Shown here in pieces: positions 45,709 to 57,750 of a stretch of DNA of 64,000 nucleotides; position 1 is the first letter of the stretch, and each line of letters opens with the position of its first letter. A program made the position numbers and the translations under genes. The notes beneath the pieces are model-generated. The model was given only the letters and a program-made list of their open reading frames with translations, searched no databases and had not been told where the DNA came from. The stretch covers positions 1,116,001 through 1,180,000 of the forward strand of contig OX597816.1 in NCBI GenBank assembly GCA_951406725.2, read 5' to 3'. This stretch comes from Octopus vulgaris. Taxonomy: Eukaryota.

Positions 45709-46433
45709 TATTAGGGAATAAATCCAAACTTACAGGGAAAAATTAGATTTAGGATTAAATCCAATTTTATAGTATAAATATATTATATTATATTATATTA
45801 TATTAAATTAGAGATAAAACCACTATTAGGCAAATCAAACAGTGAAAAACATAAGCCAATACATAAAATTAATTAATTTAAAAATATTAAATTTAAAAAT
45901 AAAAAAATTATTTAAATAAATTAAACTTATAAGTTTTAAATATATATATATATACAAATATATATATATATATATATATATATGATATATATATATAATA
46001 TATATATATATATATACATATAATAATAAATATTAGGGAATAAATCCAAACTTACAGGGAAAATCAGATTTAGGATTGAATCCAATTTTATAGTAAAATA
46101 TATTATATTAAATTAGAGACAAAACCACTATTAGGCAAATCAAACAATGAAAGACTTAAGCCAATACATATGATTAATTTATATTATTTAAATATGTAAC
46201 AATTATTAAAAAATATAATTAATATCCACTACGATCGTTTCCTGCCTGCTGTCTTTAAATTTTTGAGTCGCAGTCATTCATCAGGTGGTTTCAAAATTTT
46301 TCTTGGCGAGTTTTAAACAATATTGATTATATTTTTTAATAATTGTTACATATTTAAATAATATAAATTAATCATATGTATTGGCTTAAGTCTTTCATTG
46401 TTTGATTTGCCTAATAGTGGTTTTGTCTCTAAT
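45709..46433 (-). mobile_element. Cluster of Penelope-like pLTR ends (two direct copies, one inverted) with a hammerhead
   Basis: Direct copies ~45709-45880 and ~46032-46225; inverted arms 46112-46225 / 46320-46433; hammerhead motif in the loop. Confidence 0.7.
46226..46288 (-). ncRNA. Type I hammerhead ribozyme candidate
   Basis: ccac-CTGATGA-atgactgc...gcaggcag-GAAA-cgatcg-TA-gtgg; 4-bp stem I, palindromic stem III, stem II with two mismatches. Confidence 0.65.
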
Positions 46434-46436
46434 ATA

Positions 46437-46503
<67 letters not shown>

Positions 46504-46507
<4 letters not shown>

Positions 46508-48504
46508 CTAATTTAATTAAAACATTAAAGCTTAGTTTATGGACTAATTCGTTTGAAGTAGTTGACTGGTTTAGTTCTATTACCAATAAGGTGAGTACTA
46601 AGTTTATCAAGTTTGATATTTCCAATTTTTATTCATCTATCAATCCAATAGTACTGAATAAGGCACTTTGGCTTGCTCATAACAAAGCTGGTCTCACCCG
46701 AGAAGAAATTAATGTTGTGTTGGCAGCCAGAAGATCTATTTATTATTAAATTTGATAATAAGTTGTGGGTCCGTAAAGACACACCAGATAGTTTCGATAT
46801 ACCAATGGGAAGTTCTGATTCAGCACACATAGCTGATGTGGTCTGTATATATATTCTTTTTGAAATGGCAGAAGAGTTCCCTAACATTTATGGAGGTCTA
46901 TATCGTGATGATTGTTTACTTTACCTCCAAAATGTTTCCAACCAAAAGGTACAAAAAGTTAAGAATAATTTAGTTAATTTTTTCAGTAGAATGGGCTTAA
47001 AAATCGTTTTTGATGACGATATGACGAAGGCCAACTTTTTAGATATTACGCTTAATTTACACAGTGACTCTTACTTCCCATATCGTAAACCGTTGACCAA
47101 TCTTAAGTACATTAGCAAATTTAATAATCATCGTAGAGCAATTACTAAGAACTTAGTTAAGAATATTTCATTTAGATTATCTAAATTATCTGCTAATGTT
47201 GATATTTTCAATGATAACGCTGAATTCTATAACTCTGCCTTAATTAAAGCAGGTTATACAGAGAAAATTTTCTACATTGATTCTGCTCAGTCTAATTGTA
47301 AATTCAATAATGTAGATAAGATTTCTAGTCGTAAAAGAATTATTGATAACAAACATAACTTACGCACCGATACAAAGCGAATGAAGGCAGATAACTTTTA
47401 TTTAATCCCTTATTATCGTTCTAAAAGTAAATATAACACCTTCAAAAATAATTATACTATGAATACTAGTAAAAATATTTGGTTAATAACTCCTTATGGG
47501 AGACAAATTAAATCTAATCTCCCACTGCTGTTTCGTCAAGCTATTGTTAGGAATTTTCCAAAAAATTCTAGGTATTACTCTATTATCAATTCACATACGG
47601 TTAGGATCGGTTTTTCAAACACAAAAAATCTCTTACAAATTATCTCTTCACATGACAACAAACTGTTAAATAATAATACATTTACTAATACTAACATTAA
47701 TTTAGCTAATACCATCCAACCCTCTAGAAATATTAATAACAAGGTTATTGTATCTGAAGTCAATTCCAATAGAATTAAGTTTATGTCAAGTAACCCTAAG
47801 ATTAAAAATTCTATATACCAGTGTATAATCAGCACTCGTAATAAAGTACCATTTTACATTGGAAGCACATCGTTAGAGTTATCTAAAAGAATTTCTATCC
47901 ATTACTCAACATTTAGGGATAGAAATAAACGTAATAGTACCGGTCTCAGCAAACTGATTTGGGATCTAAAAGACCACAATGAACAATTTCATTTAGAATG
48001 GTTGATTCTCTCAATCTCGATACCTTATGACAAAGGCAAGGAATTCTGTCTTCTCTGCAATTCTGAGCTATTTTTCATTATTTTTTTCTAAAAATCCCCT
48101 AGTAAACACGGTTATAGAGCGAGCATACAGATGTAAACATTGGCAAAAACACACATTTAGTGCATATAAGTAGTCTCTATCATTATATATAGTTAAAACT
48201 TTAATTTCCTTTATATTTAACATTCACTATTAATATCCCTACTCTTTCTGTAAGCTACTTATGATGTTATATCACATAACGTTTTTTTAAACAATATTAA
48301 TAGCGTTTAGTCAATCGCTGTACAAATCCATCATTTTTGGCTAAATTGTCTTATTGACGAGTTTCGTTTTTTTTTCACTTTCCCGAAGAGAAGATTGCAT
48401 TGTTTATACCATTTATTCTTTTGAATAGCATCAGTGGAATTTTCGAAACATGTGTCGAAAGTAAAAATATTTGATTTACACCTGCGTCAAACTCCATTTA
48501 TTTA

Positions 48505-48507
<3 letters not shown>
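46504..48507 (+). mobile_element. Penelope-like element (Naiad-like), RT plus GIY-YIG, 5'-truncated, flanked by (TA)n
   Basis: FIKFDISNFYSSI (upstream frame), FDIPMGSSDSA, GLYRDD, NFLDITLNL, SIY...FYIGST, STGLSKLIWDLK, CLLC, and after a frameshift RCKH to stop 48173; 472-aa ORF 46673-48091. Confidence 0.92.
48377..48462 (+). ncRNA. Type I hammerhead ribozyme candidate (CCGAAGA core)
   Basis: actttc-CCGAAGA-gaagatt...aattttc-GAAA-catgtg-TC-gaaagt; perfect 6-bp stem I. Confidence 0.7.
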
Positions 48508-48546
<39 letters not shown>

Positions 48547-48547
<1 letters not shown>

Positions 48548-48840
48548 TAGCAGTATCGCCCGGCGTTGCTCGGGTTGTACGGGAAATAACTATATAAGCA
48601 TTTTTAGAGAGTTATAGCCAAAAAATAGCAAAAAAATGCATTAAAAATTGAAAAATAATGATGGTAAATTTTTTTTTAAATCGTAGACTCATCGTAGACG
48701 CGCGCTAATACCCAGAAGGGCTCGATATGAATCACGACTATAAGATACCCGCTTTTGGTTAAACTGCACCGCAAAATGTGGGAGTAGTTGCGAATCTAAA
48801 TCGTAGGAGACAGACACACAACTTCACTCTTATATAAAGA
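48547..48840 (-). mobile_element. Non-autonomous Helitron
   Basis: Reverse strand 5' TC, 3' hairpin cccg-agcaacgc-cggg 8 nt before CTAG, inserted between A and T with no TSD. Confidence 0.8.
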
Positions 48841-48844
48841 TGCT

Positions 48845-49165
48845 TTTTTTTTCAGTCATAGAGTTAGATTTATGAAGGTCTTCAGTAGAAAATCCTTCGA
48901 ATTCTGACTCGCTGCTTGATATAATGAAATTCGTATCCATTTTTTGTCAGAATTACAAATTTTGAAAACACAATAGGAACAAATTTCGGAAAAAAATCTC
49001 CCATAATTCACGGAATTAAAATTACACTTCGATTTTTGTACAAAACTGTATTTGAAGTGTTTACGAAGTATAATACGTGTTTTCACGAATGTACTAAAGA
49101 GATTTACTCTGATATTCTCATTTAAATATGAATAGGTAAATTCGGGCGGTTTGGCAACGAAAGGG
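48845..49165. mobile_element. piggyBac-like terminal fragment
   Basis: Ends ...caacgaaaggg|TTAA (49166-49169); partner end not found. Confidence 0.4.
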
Positions 49166-49703
49166 TTAAACGGATGCATACATTTATTAATATAAGTGTC
49201 GTCTGTTTATACATAAACACTGTTTCATACTTTCAGTTTAGTCTTCCTCAAATCACTCTGTCGCTATTTACTCTCTTCCAAGAACATTTTCACTCACTCT
49301 TATCTCTTAGCTTGCCATACATTTTACTCATGTATCTATCAGCGTGATAGACAGAAACAAATATTACATCGCCATCGCCATCGCCATCGCATTCTATTGT
49401 CTACCTGTCAACACACACACAGTGAATTAGTTTCATTTTATTCGTTGCACACTGTGTGTGTGCGTTTGCGTGTGCTGTAAACCAGACTAAGAAAAGCATT
49501 TGACATACACACCAGAATGTGAGTTTTCTGTAAATTTTGCTTAATTGGAGTTTAAATTTTAAAAACTGGACCTGGCATGACCCGATGCATTCTACTCTTA
49601 AAAATGCTAGGTAAATTGTAATTGAAGAAATCCTATATTGTAGATTTCTATAAGGAGGCAGATAAAATCTGCCTTTTATAATAAGAGATATATATATATA
49701 TAC

Positions 49704-49775
<72 letters not shown>

Positions 49776-50970
49776 CAGTATCAGCGCTAAGTAGTGTTTA
49801 AACATAAGCGAACTTTACGTTAGTTAAAATATATTTGTGATATATTTTGGTATATATATGTATATATATACACGAGCGAGTAGATAAACGAAAGAAGAGT
49901 ATTCAACACATTTATTGAGAGTTCAAAACTATTTTGATCCGTACACATACACACACACACACATACTGGTGGTACACCAGCATAGCCGCACCCTCAAGGC
50001 TGAAACATATAAATGAATAAAAGAATATCTTTTATTTTTTATTTGTGTCTACGGCCATGCTGGGGCGCCGCCTTGAAGAATTTTTTTAGTCGAACGAATC
50101 TATCCCAGTACATATTTTAAAATCTGGTACATATTCTAATTTTCGGGGACGTAAACAAACCATTACCGGTTGTCAAGCGGCGGTAGTGGACAACTACGGG
50201 CATACATGCAGTTAAACATATGTCCGGTCATTGAGTAACCAATGGTTTCGCATCCATAAAGCACTTAGCTTTATAGATGACTCTAATGGCGGAAGGCATA
50301 TAGCCTCTCTTCAAATTGGAGGTAGAAAACCATTACGGTCAGTTAATTTGTAAACAAAAGAATAATATACACTATTTGAGCTTTAAATAGGACGAGTTAT
50401 CACCCTTAGACCGGTGGGGTTGGCAAAATTATGGAGTTTAAGGGCGAGCAGGAAATCTCCGCTCTTAGACTGCTTACGGTCTGCAAGAACTTTTTACAGC
50501 TCTAAACGACAAACAAGATATCCCACGCCTGCAACAGGCAGCGTTTGATATAGGGGCAGGGACTATAGATCTCAAGTCTTGAGTTTAAAAGGGATTAAGG
50601 TTCTCGTGAGTCTTTAAGGATCCTTATCCGCTCTGCTATGCAAAGCTTGCATCATCCGCTCCCGTTTATATAGGACTCCGGCTGCTCTATGATCCTCTAT
50701 CTAATTTCGTATGGGGTTCTTCATCCTTAAGGCGCCACACGCGGTTGGCCAGGGATGTGACAGGACCTGTGGTTGTACAGGCGTAGCTTAAAGGCAGTTC
50801 CGGCCGACCTGATATATCTCCAAACTTGAGTGCTGGATGTGTTCACGCCTTTGGTGTATCTTCCGTTGGCTCCGGGCCTGGAGTTATTGATAGTGCTGCT
50901 GCTGTTGTTGGAGTTGTCAACGGTGCTGTTAATCCGACGCGTAGGTCTGGTGATATCGCTGTAGTTGATA

Positions 50971-51208
50971 CCTATTTCTTTACTACCCACAAGGGGCTAA
51001 ACACAGAGAGGACAAACAAGGACAGACAAACGGATTAAGTCGATTACATCGACCCCAGTGTGTAACTGGTACTTAATTTATCGACCCCGAAAGGATGAAA
51101 GGCAAAGTCGACCTCGGCGGAATTTGAACTCAGAACGCAGCGGTAGACGAAATACCGCAAAGCATTTCGTCCGGCGCGCTAACGATTCTGCCAGCTCAGC
51201 GGCGCCTT
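50971..51208 (-). mobile_element. SINE family A (alternative tail), full length with 13-bp TSD
   Basis: TSD gctgtagttgata at 50958-50970 and 51209-51221. Confidence 0.92.
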
Positions 51209-51310
51209 GCTGTAGTTGATAGCGTTGCAGTAGTCATCCCTGACCGTAGTGTTGGTGTGGCTGCCGTCGCTGTTAAGTCTGAACGCGGGATTGGTAGCTT
51301 CACTGGTGCT

Positions 51311-51535
51311 GCTGGTTCCACCGGTGCTGGTATGGTCCTCACCGTCGGCCGTGGCGCTGGTGTCACCGGTGCTGGTATGGTCCTCACCGTCGGCCGTGGC
51401 GCTGGTGCCGCCGGTGCTGGTATGGTCCTCACCGTCGGCCGTGGCGCTGGTTCCACTGGTGCTGGTATGGTCCTCACCGTCGGCCGTGGCGCTGGTTCCA
51501 CTGGTGCTGGTATGGTCCTCACCGTCGGCCGTGGT
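51311..51535. repeat. 45-bp tandem repeat x5 (ATADGEDHTSTxGTS on the minus strand)
   Basis: Unit gctggttccaccggtgctggtatggtcctcaccgtcggccgtggc, near-identical copies. Confidence 0.95.
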
Positions 51536-51825
51536 GCTGCTGTTTCTGCTGCTTGATGTGTTGCCGCCTCCGCCGTTGCCATCGTTGTCGTCGATGTTGT
51601 TGGATGAGCTGCTGCTGCTGCTGCTGCTGCTGCTGCTATTACTCTGGTTACTAAGGCTGGATACCGCCACAGCCTCATATACGATGCCTTCAGCCTCGCA
51701 TTGTACTTCCTGCATGAGCAATCAGCCTCTGCTCGCGATTTATGGTTGTTTGCCAATATTCTCTTCATGCTGGATGCGCAAATAAAGGAGACCCTTAGGT
51801 TGTGCCTAATACATACATATAAAAC

Positions 51826-51982
51826 AATCGTCGTATATATCAGTTTCCGTCTACCAAATTTACTCACAATGGTTTTGTCAGCCCGGGGCTATAGTAGAAG
51901 ACACTTGCCCAAAGTGCCACGCAGTTGGAATGAACCCGGAACCATATGGTTGGGAAGCTAACTTGTTACCACACAGCCATGC
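51826..51982 (-). mobile_element. SINE family B 5' part
   Basis: Reverse strand tggctgtgtggtaac...ggttcattcc...ctttgggcaagtgtcttctac. Confidence 0.8.
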
Positions 51983-52038
51983 ATATTTATCTCTCTGTCC
52001 CTCCCTCTCTCTCACTCCCCCTCTCTATCTCTACAGAC

Positions 52039-52092
<54 letters not shown>

Positions 52093-52825
52093 TACAATTC
52101 GGGTAAAAATCCCGTAACGTGCATTTAAGATCTCTTGTACCGTTATGTAACTACTACATGTTATTCTACAGAAGGTTATCTTCCAGAGCCGGATACACAT
52201 GTGGAACACATGTGGATACACATGCATAGCATTAATACAAACATGTTTTAAGAAGAGGATGGAGGATATGAGGCTTTAATGGTAGATCGCAGTATTTGTT
52301 TCTGCACCGCACACCATCTTGGGGTACTAAGTTTATATATTTATATACCATTATAGAAGATCGTTCTTTATAATTATTATATTGTTAATCATTTTTCAGC
52401 AACAGCATTGTGTGGGCGCTTCATCGGGTGGAACAGGATTAAATCTTGTTTGATCCTTCCGACTTCTCTAAGGTGTACGACGCACATTACTTGCCACCAA
52501 TCAAATGATCAAATTCCCTGGGACACAAGTAATATTACAATAATAGAACCAACAACAACAATAACAATGACAGAGTCAAGGCGACCTTCATGGCATTCAT
52601 AGCAACAAGAAAAGATAAAAAGTAATAAAAATAACCCGGAGTGATTGGAGTTATCAAATAAAGAAATGGAAAGAAAAAGACTATTAGAATCCTTCAAATA
52701 AGGTTGTTTTTGTTGTTGTTTGTTTTTCTCTTTTGTCCGCTGCTCTGACGATTCCAGCAGCTCACCGCTCTAATAATAATAACAATAATAATAATAATAA
52801 CAACAATAATAATAATAATAACAAC

Positions 52826-52882
<57 letters not shown>

Positions 52883-52883
<1 letters not shown>

Positions 52884-53332
52884 TTCTATTATAGGCACAA
52901 GGCCTGAAATTTTGTGGGAGGAGGCCAGTCGATTAGACCTCGGTGGAATTTGAACTCGGAACGTAGCGGCAGACGAAATACCTATTTCTTTATTACCCAC
53001 AAGGGGCTAAACATAGAGGGGACAAACAAGGACAGACAAACGGATTAAGTCGATTATATCGACCCCAGTGCGTAACTGGTACTTATTTAATCGACCCCGA
53101 AAGGATGAAAGGCAAAGTCGACCTCGGCGGAAATTGAACTCAGAACGTGGAGGCAGACGAAATACTATTTCTTTATTACCCACAAGGGGCTAAACACAAA
53201 GGGGACAAACAAGGACAGACATAGGTATTAAGTCGATTACATCGACCCCAGTGCGTAACTGGTACTTAATTTATCGACCCCGAAAGGATGAAAGGCAAAG
53301 TCGACCGCTAAGGATTCTGCCAGCTCGACGCC
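52883..53332 (-). mobile_element. Head-to-tail trimer of SINE family A
   Basis: Three bodies (52883-52980, 52981-53164, 53165-53332) with one A-box head; both junctions fall at gcagacgaaata|c. Confidence 0.85.
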
Positions 53333-53434
53333 TGAATAACAACAACAACAATGCTTTCTTTATTAGCCCCAGAAAGCACCATACTCGGTAGACTCATACA
53401 TTAGAGCGTTAAAATTTGTGAGGGTGGGGTTTAC

Positions 53435-53622
53435 ACCGCTTGACAATCGGTGTTGATTTGTCTAAGACCACGTAAACTAGCGGTTCAGCAAGACAAACCG
53501 ATAAAATAAGTACCAGACTTTAAAAGGTATAAGTACTGAGGTCGATTTGTTCGACTAAAACCCTTCAATGCGGTGCTCCAGCATGGTTGCAGTTGAATGA
53601 TTAAAATAACTAAAAGATAAAA
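53435..53622 (+). mobile_element. SINE family B 3' part
   Basis: ggtcgatttgttcgactaaa...gcggtgctccagcatgg tail. Confidence 0.75.
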
Positions 53623-54934
53623 GATGTTTGACATACAGAGCGCACGGTGAGAGAGGATCAGAAGGAGAATGATTGGGTGAATTGCAGGCTACACACACAC
53701 ACACAGGCATGCATATATAGACAGGGGAAGAGAGAGAGAGAGGGGGGGAGATAAAGAGAGGAGGAGAAGAAAAAGAAGAAGAAGAAGAAGAAGAAGAAGA
53801 AGAAGAAGAAGAAGAAGAAGAAGAGGAGGAGGAGGAGAGGGGGACAGACAGGCAGGCAGACAGAGAGCCTTATGATTCCGCTTTGTGTCTTGTATACTGT
53901 AAATCTGTTACTTCACTCAAAGTGAAACAACTACTCAATGAAGGAGATAAGAATCAGGCTACAGTCAACAGCAATAATTGGCAAAGACCACTTTGTTCTA
54001 GAGAACAGTGAGCTAAGTTAGCAACTAAGCTAAACAGTGGAATGGTTATCTCTTTTATTTCGTTTATGTTATTAGTGACCTTGAAGAATTCGCATTAATC
54101 ACAACGCTTCAGTTTGTTTATAAATGTAAAAGACCTCTCTTAACGAAAGAAATCTTTAGCGAATGACATTCGGGCAAAATGAAACATCTGAAGAACTACA
54201 GCCTAGCTTCAAATTCCTGATCGTAGCTATTTCATTTCATTTGTGAGGCCAATGATTCCGAGAAAGCATGAATGCTTTAGCAACCTACTGCCTAATATTT
54301 AACTTCATTTGTGGATCAATTGGAGTCACATGATAATCCTCTGACTCTGATTAAACCAACAGTATGGTTGATATGATAAAGTTTGTTTGAAACCTTTAAA
54401 AATGGAATTTAAAGGATGAGTGGAAAAAAAATCGAAGGTTAACAATAAACTTCATTTTTAAAAGTTATTACCTTATACCTCGCAAAGATTGAAAGTACAC
54501 AGTAAAAATTCAGCTGTATAGACACAAGATAAAATATTGTTTGTAAAAATAACAGCATATCCGTGTCGTAAAAAAAAGCCGATAATTTTATTAATGATAG
54601 AAAATGGCGCATCAAAACAATGGGAGAAGCCATTGATAAATATCAGCAATCGAATAAATGTATGTACATAGCACAGAATTGAAGTACTTGAACAATCAGA
54701 ATCAGTTGTGCAACGTCTCAGTTGAACATCCATGTAATATATATTGCGGCCATACTGGGGCACCGCCTTGAAGAATTTTTAGTCGAATGAATCGACTCTA
54801 GTACTTTTTTGAGTCTTGTACTTATTCTACCGGTCTCTTTTGTCGCACTGCTAAGTTACAGGGACATAAACACACATACATACATACCCCCTCCTCCATT
54901 CCCACCCTTACTCCAGACCCCGATACCACACCTG

Positions 54935-55745
54935 TCGATTCATTACCAACACCACTTCCCTTACTGGATCTAACCAGTATACCCTCTAAATCCGGAACTC
55001 CTGCACTTCATCCAATCTTTTATATACTGCATCCGATTCAATCTTTACAACTATCTATATTGTTGGTCAGACGAGCCGTCGGCTAGCCGACCGGTTCACG
55101 GAACACCTACGGGACGTCCGTCTGCGTCGAAATACCTCCGTCGCCCGTCATTTTTGCTCGGCCGACCACTCCACCTCACACTTCACTGTCTTCGGCCTTG
55201 CCCTACACCGAAGATCCACCAACACCAGACTTCGCCGTGAACAGTACTACATTTTTACTCTCCGAACTCATACTCCCTCTGGACTCAACACGACCCCCTC
55301 GTTCCAGTAATATCCTCCACACACCTTTTAGAATATTTTGAAATTTTATTTTTAATTTATTTTTATGTTTTATTTTTTATTTTATTTTATTTTTCGAATT
55401 TTAAAATTTTAATTTTTATTCTTTAGTGTCTATCCATCTCAGACATACACCAATACACATAGTATGAATCCCCCACCACACATATACTGATCATCTTCGC
55501 ACACTCCTGTCCCCCCCAAACCACTTTTCTACCTCTTTCTACTTCCAGTCACTTCAGCAATGTAACTACACACGCGCTGTTGGCGATATTTTTTTCCTCT
55601 TTTGGATTTTTCCATTTCTCTTTTCCGACGAAGAGCTATGCTCGAAACGTCAAATTCTCCCTCTTTTCATCAAGTGTCAAGCTAATACATTTCTTGTGCA
55701 AGTCCTCTTATTGTCCGTTTATTTTATTTGCTTCTTTGATTTGAC
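54935..55745 (+). mobile_element. Penelope-like element (Neptune-like) GIY-YIG fragment and 3' pLTR
   Basis: SCTSSNL/IYCIR...Y/VGQTSRRLADRFTEHLRDV...VARHF...RLRREQYYIFTLRTHTPSGLN (54999-55310, two frameshifts; absent from the ORF track); hammerhead-like motif at 55621-55654; ends at (TA)n. Confidence 0.85.
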
Positions 55746-55824
55746 TATATATATATATAAATATAAAGGAAAGAATAAATAGAGTCAAAAGGAAGAGGGA
55801 GTGCGAATCGACAGCTGTTTAATG

Positions 55825-55942
55825 ATCACTACACATGTTTCGATACAACATAGTTCCACATATCAATGTATAGAGGATTTAAATTTGAATTAAGTAACAG
55901 TTTACCTGTATAATAGGACCTAGTTGTATCTCCTCAGGTGAT
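55825..55942 (-). ncRNA. Type I hammerhead ribozyme candidate, fully canonical core
   Basis: atcac-CTGAGGA-gatacaac...gttgtatc-GAAA-catgtg-TA-gtgat; 5-bp stem I, 8-bp stem II. Confidence 0.78.
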
Positions 55943-56692
55943 ATATAATCGCTGTCTCCGTAAATAAATGTTTGATTTCGATGCTATCACATCCTTTTTA
56001 TTTTTCACACACGAGGAATGCCTAGGCCTAGAAGTGGTGGTATACCATAATACTGCCAGCTATCTGGTAATTCTAAAGGTGAACGACCTCTATTTTGTAC
56101 TCTAATACGTTCTTAACGTAATACACCACAACTATATATGTGTGTGTGTATATATATATATATATATAGCGCACACTCAACACACTAACAAGCATTAACC
56201 ACACACACATACACACACACAAACGGGCACACATATACACACACCATCCTACCAAATTTTATAAATACACACAGACACATCTATTTACACCACAATAAAC
56301 ACTGGGACCAATCAAAAACGGCCCACGCACACAAACACATGTATATGTATATACACACACACAAAGACATACACACTCGCACCATTCTGACTTCTAAAGA
56401 CCAATCCCCCAAATCATTCATGCTTGAAGGAGAGACAAAAAACTTCTTTTCAGTTGCACATTACTCTTCCTTCCCCCCACCCAAACACACCTACACTGTC
56501 CCTTGAAATAAAAAATAATCTTTTACGATAACGTAGTGAACCAGGTCAGTTAAAGCTACCCTACTACTAAAATGTAAACTTTTTTGAACTTATAATATTC
56601 TGTGTGTATATATATATATAGATACAATACCAATATTCCACTGAACTTTTTAATAATTCCTTCTGGGAACGATCTTTAACATTTTCTTGAGA

Positions 56693-56757
<65 letters not shown>

Positions 56758-56761
<4 letters not shown>

Positions 56762-57007
56762 AATCTTTTGTGCCTAATATTTTAATGAACTTGTTAAACT
56801 TTTTTATATTTTCCCAAGATTTTCCCTTGTAAGCTGTTCTTAACATGTTCTTATTATCAAGGAATGTATATATGTACTGTAGTATTTTGTGACAACCAGT
56901 ACCTAACACAACCAAGCTGTTACATGTTACTTTTGACAATCTTTTTCTAAAAAAGTGAAACCGGTAAAGTAAATAAACATCTTTTAAAATTGTATTTTCA
57001 AACCTTC

Positions 57008-57012
<5 letters not shown>
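56758..57012 (+). mobile_element. Possible Penelope-like pLTR remnant between (TA)n tracts
   Basis: gaaa-ccgg-ta (56957-56966) followed by aataaa; (TA)n on both sides; the CUGANGA half is degraded. Confidence 0.4.
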
Positions 57013-57072
<60 letters not shown>

Positions 57073-57440
57073 TGCATTTATACACGCGCACACGCACGCA
57101 CACACACATCCACACACAGACAACACTCGCTGTTGTTGCAGGATTGTTGAACGTTGGAAAAAAATGCCCTGCGGTGTTTCTTGTAGCTTTCTACATTATG
57201 AGATGAAATCCCTCCGCGGGCGACTTTGCCTTTCATTGTTCTGGGATCTATTAAATGAAGTACACGTCAAGTACAGGGGTCGATGTCTTTGACTCGTTCT
57301 CTCCACTCAAAATTGTTGCCCTTTATCTTTTACTTGTTTCAGTCATCAAACTACGACCATGCTGGGGCACTGCCTTGAAGAGCTTAGTCGAATAAATCGA
57401 CTCCAATATTTTTTTGAAGTCAGGTACTTTAACCTATGAA

Positions 57441-57750
57441 GACGCGTGGCTAAGATACTCGGTTCTCGATCGCATGCTCGTGTGTTCGATTCCCAGCGGC
57501 CTGATCTGTCCTTGAGCAAGATACTTTATTTCATGCTGATTCAGTTCACTCAACAGGCAAAAATGAGTAGTACTTGTATTTCAAACGGCCAGCCTTGTCA
57601 CATTCTGTATCACGCTGAATCTCCATAATAACTACGTTCAGGGTTACACGTGTCTGGTGTTCTCAGCCACTTGCACGTCAATTTCACGAGCAAGCGGTTC
57701 CGTTGATCGGATCAACTGGAACAGTCGTCATCGTAGCTGACGGAGTGCCA
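57441..57750 (+). mobile_element. Third tRNA-derived SINE type, nested in a minus-strand family B copy
   Basis: gtggctaag (A-box-like), gttcgattcc (B box), tccttgagcaagatacttt; family B sequence on both sides (57325-57430, 57755-57845). Confidence 0.65.

Larger units (their letters stand above)
50225..51812 (-). mobile_element. Penelope-like element (Naiad-like) 3' part with expanded GIY-YIG, interrupted by a SINE
   Basis: RHNLRVSFICASSMKRILANNH, DCSCR, GIVYEAV ... RYIRSAGTAFKLRLYNH, TSLANRVWRLKD, CKLCIAE, LLNSRLE, CPY. Confidence 0.8.

Noticed and set aside
50648-50656. In-frame TGA in a Naiad-like element as possible selenocysteine codon
   Set aside because: It lies just before, not at, the conserved Cys of CxxC, fits CGA-to-TGA decay, and the copy has other TAG/TAA stops.
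51311-51535. Possible CRISPR-like array, or a Pro-rich protein (PAPRPTVRTI frame)
   Set aside because: Units are contiguous with no unique spacers; the frame consistent with the flanking GIY-YIG motifs is the ATADGEDH one.
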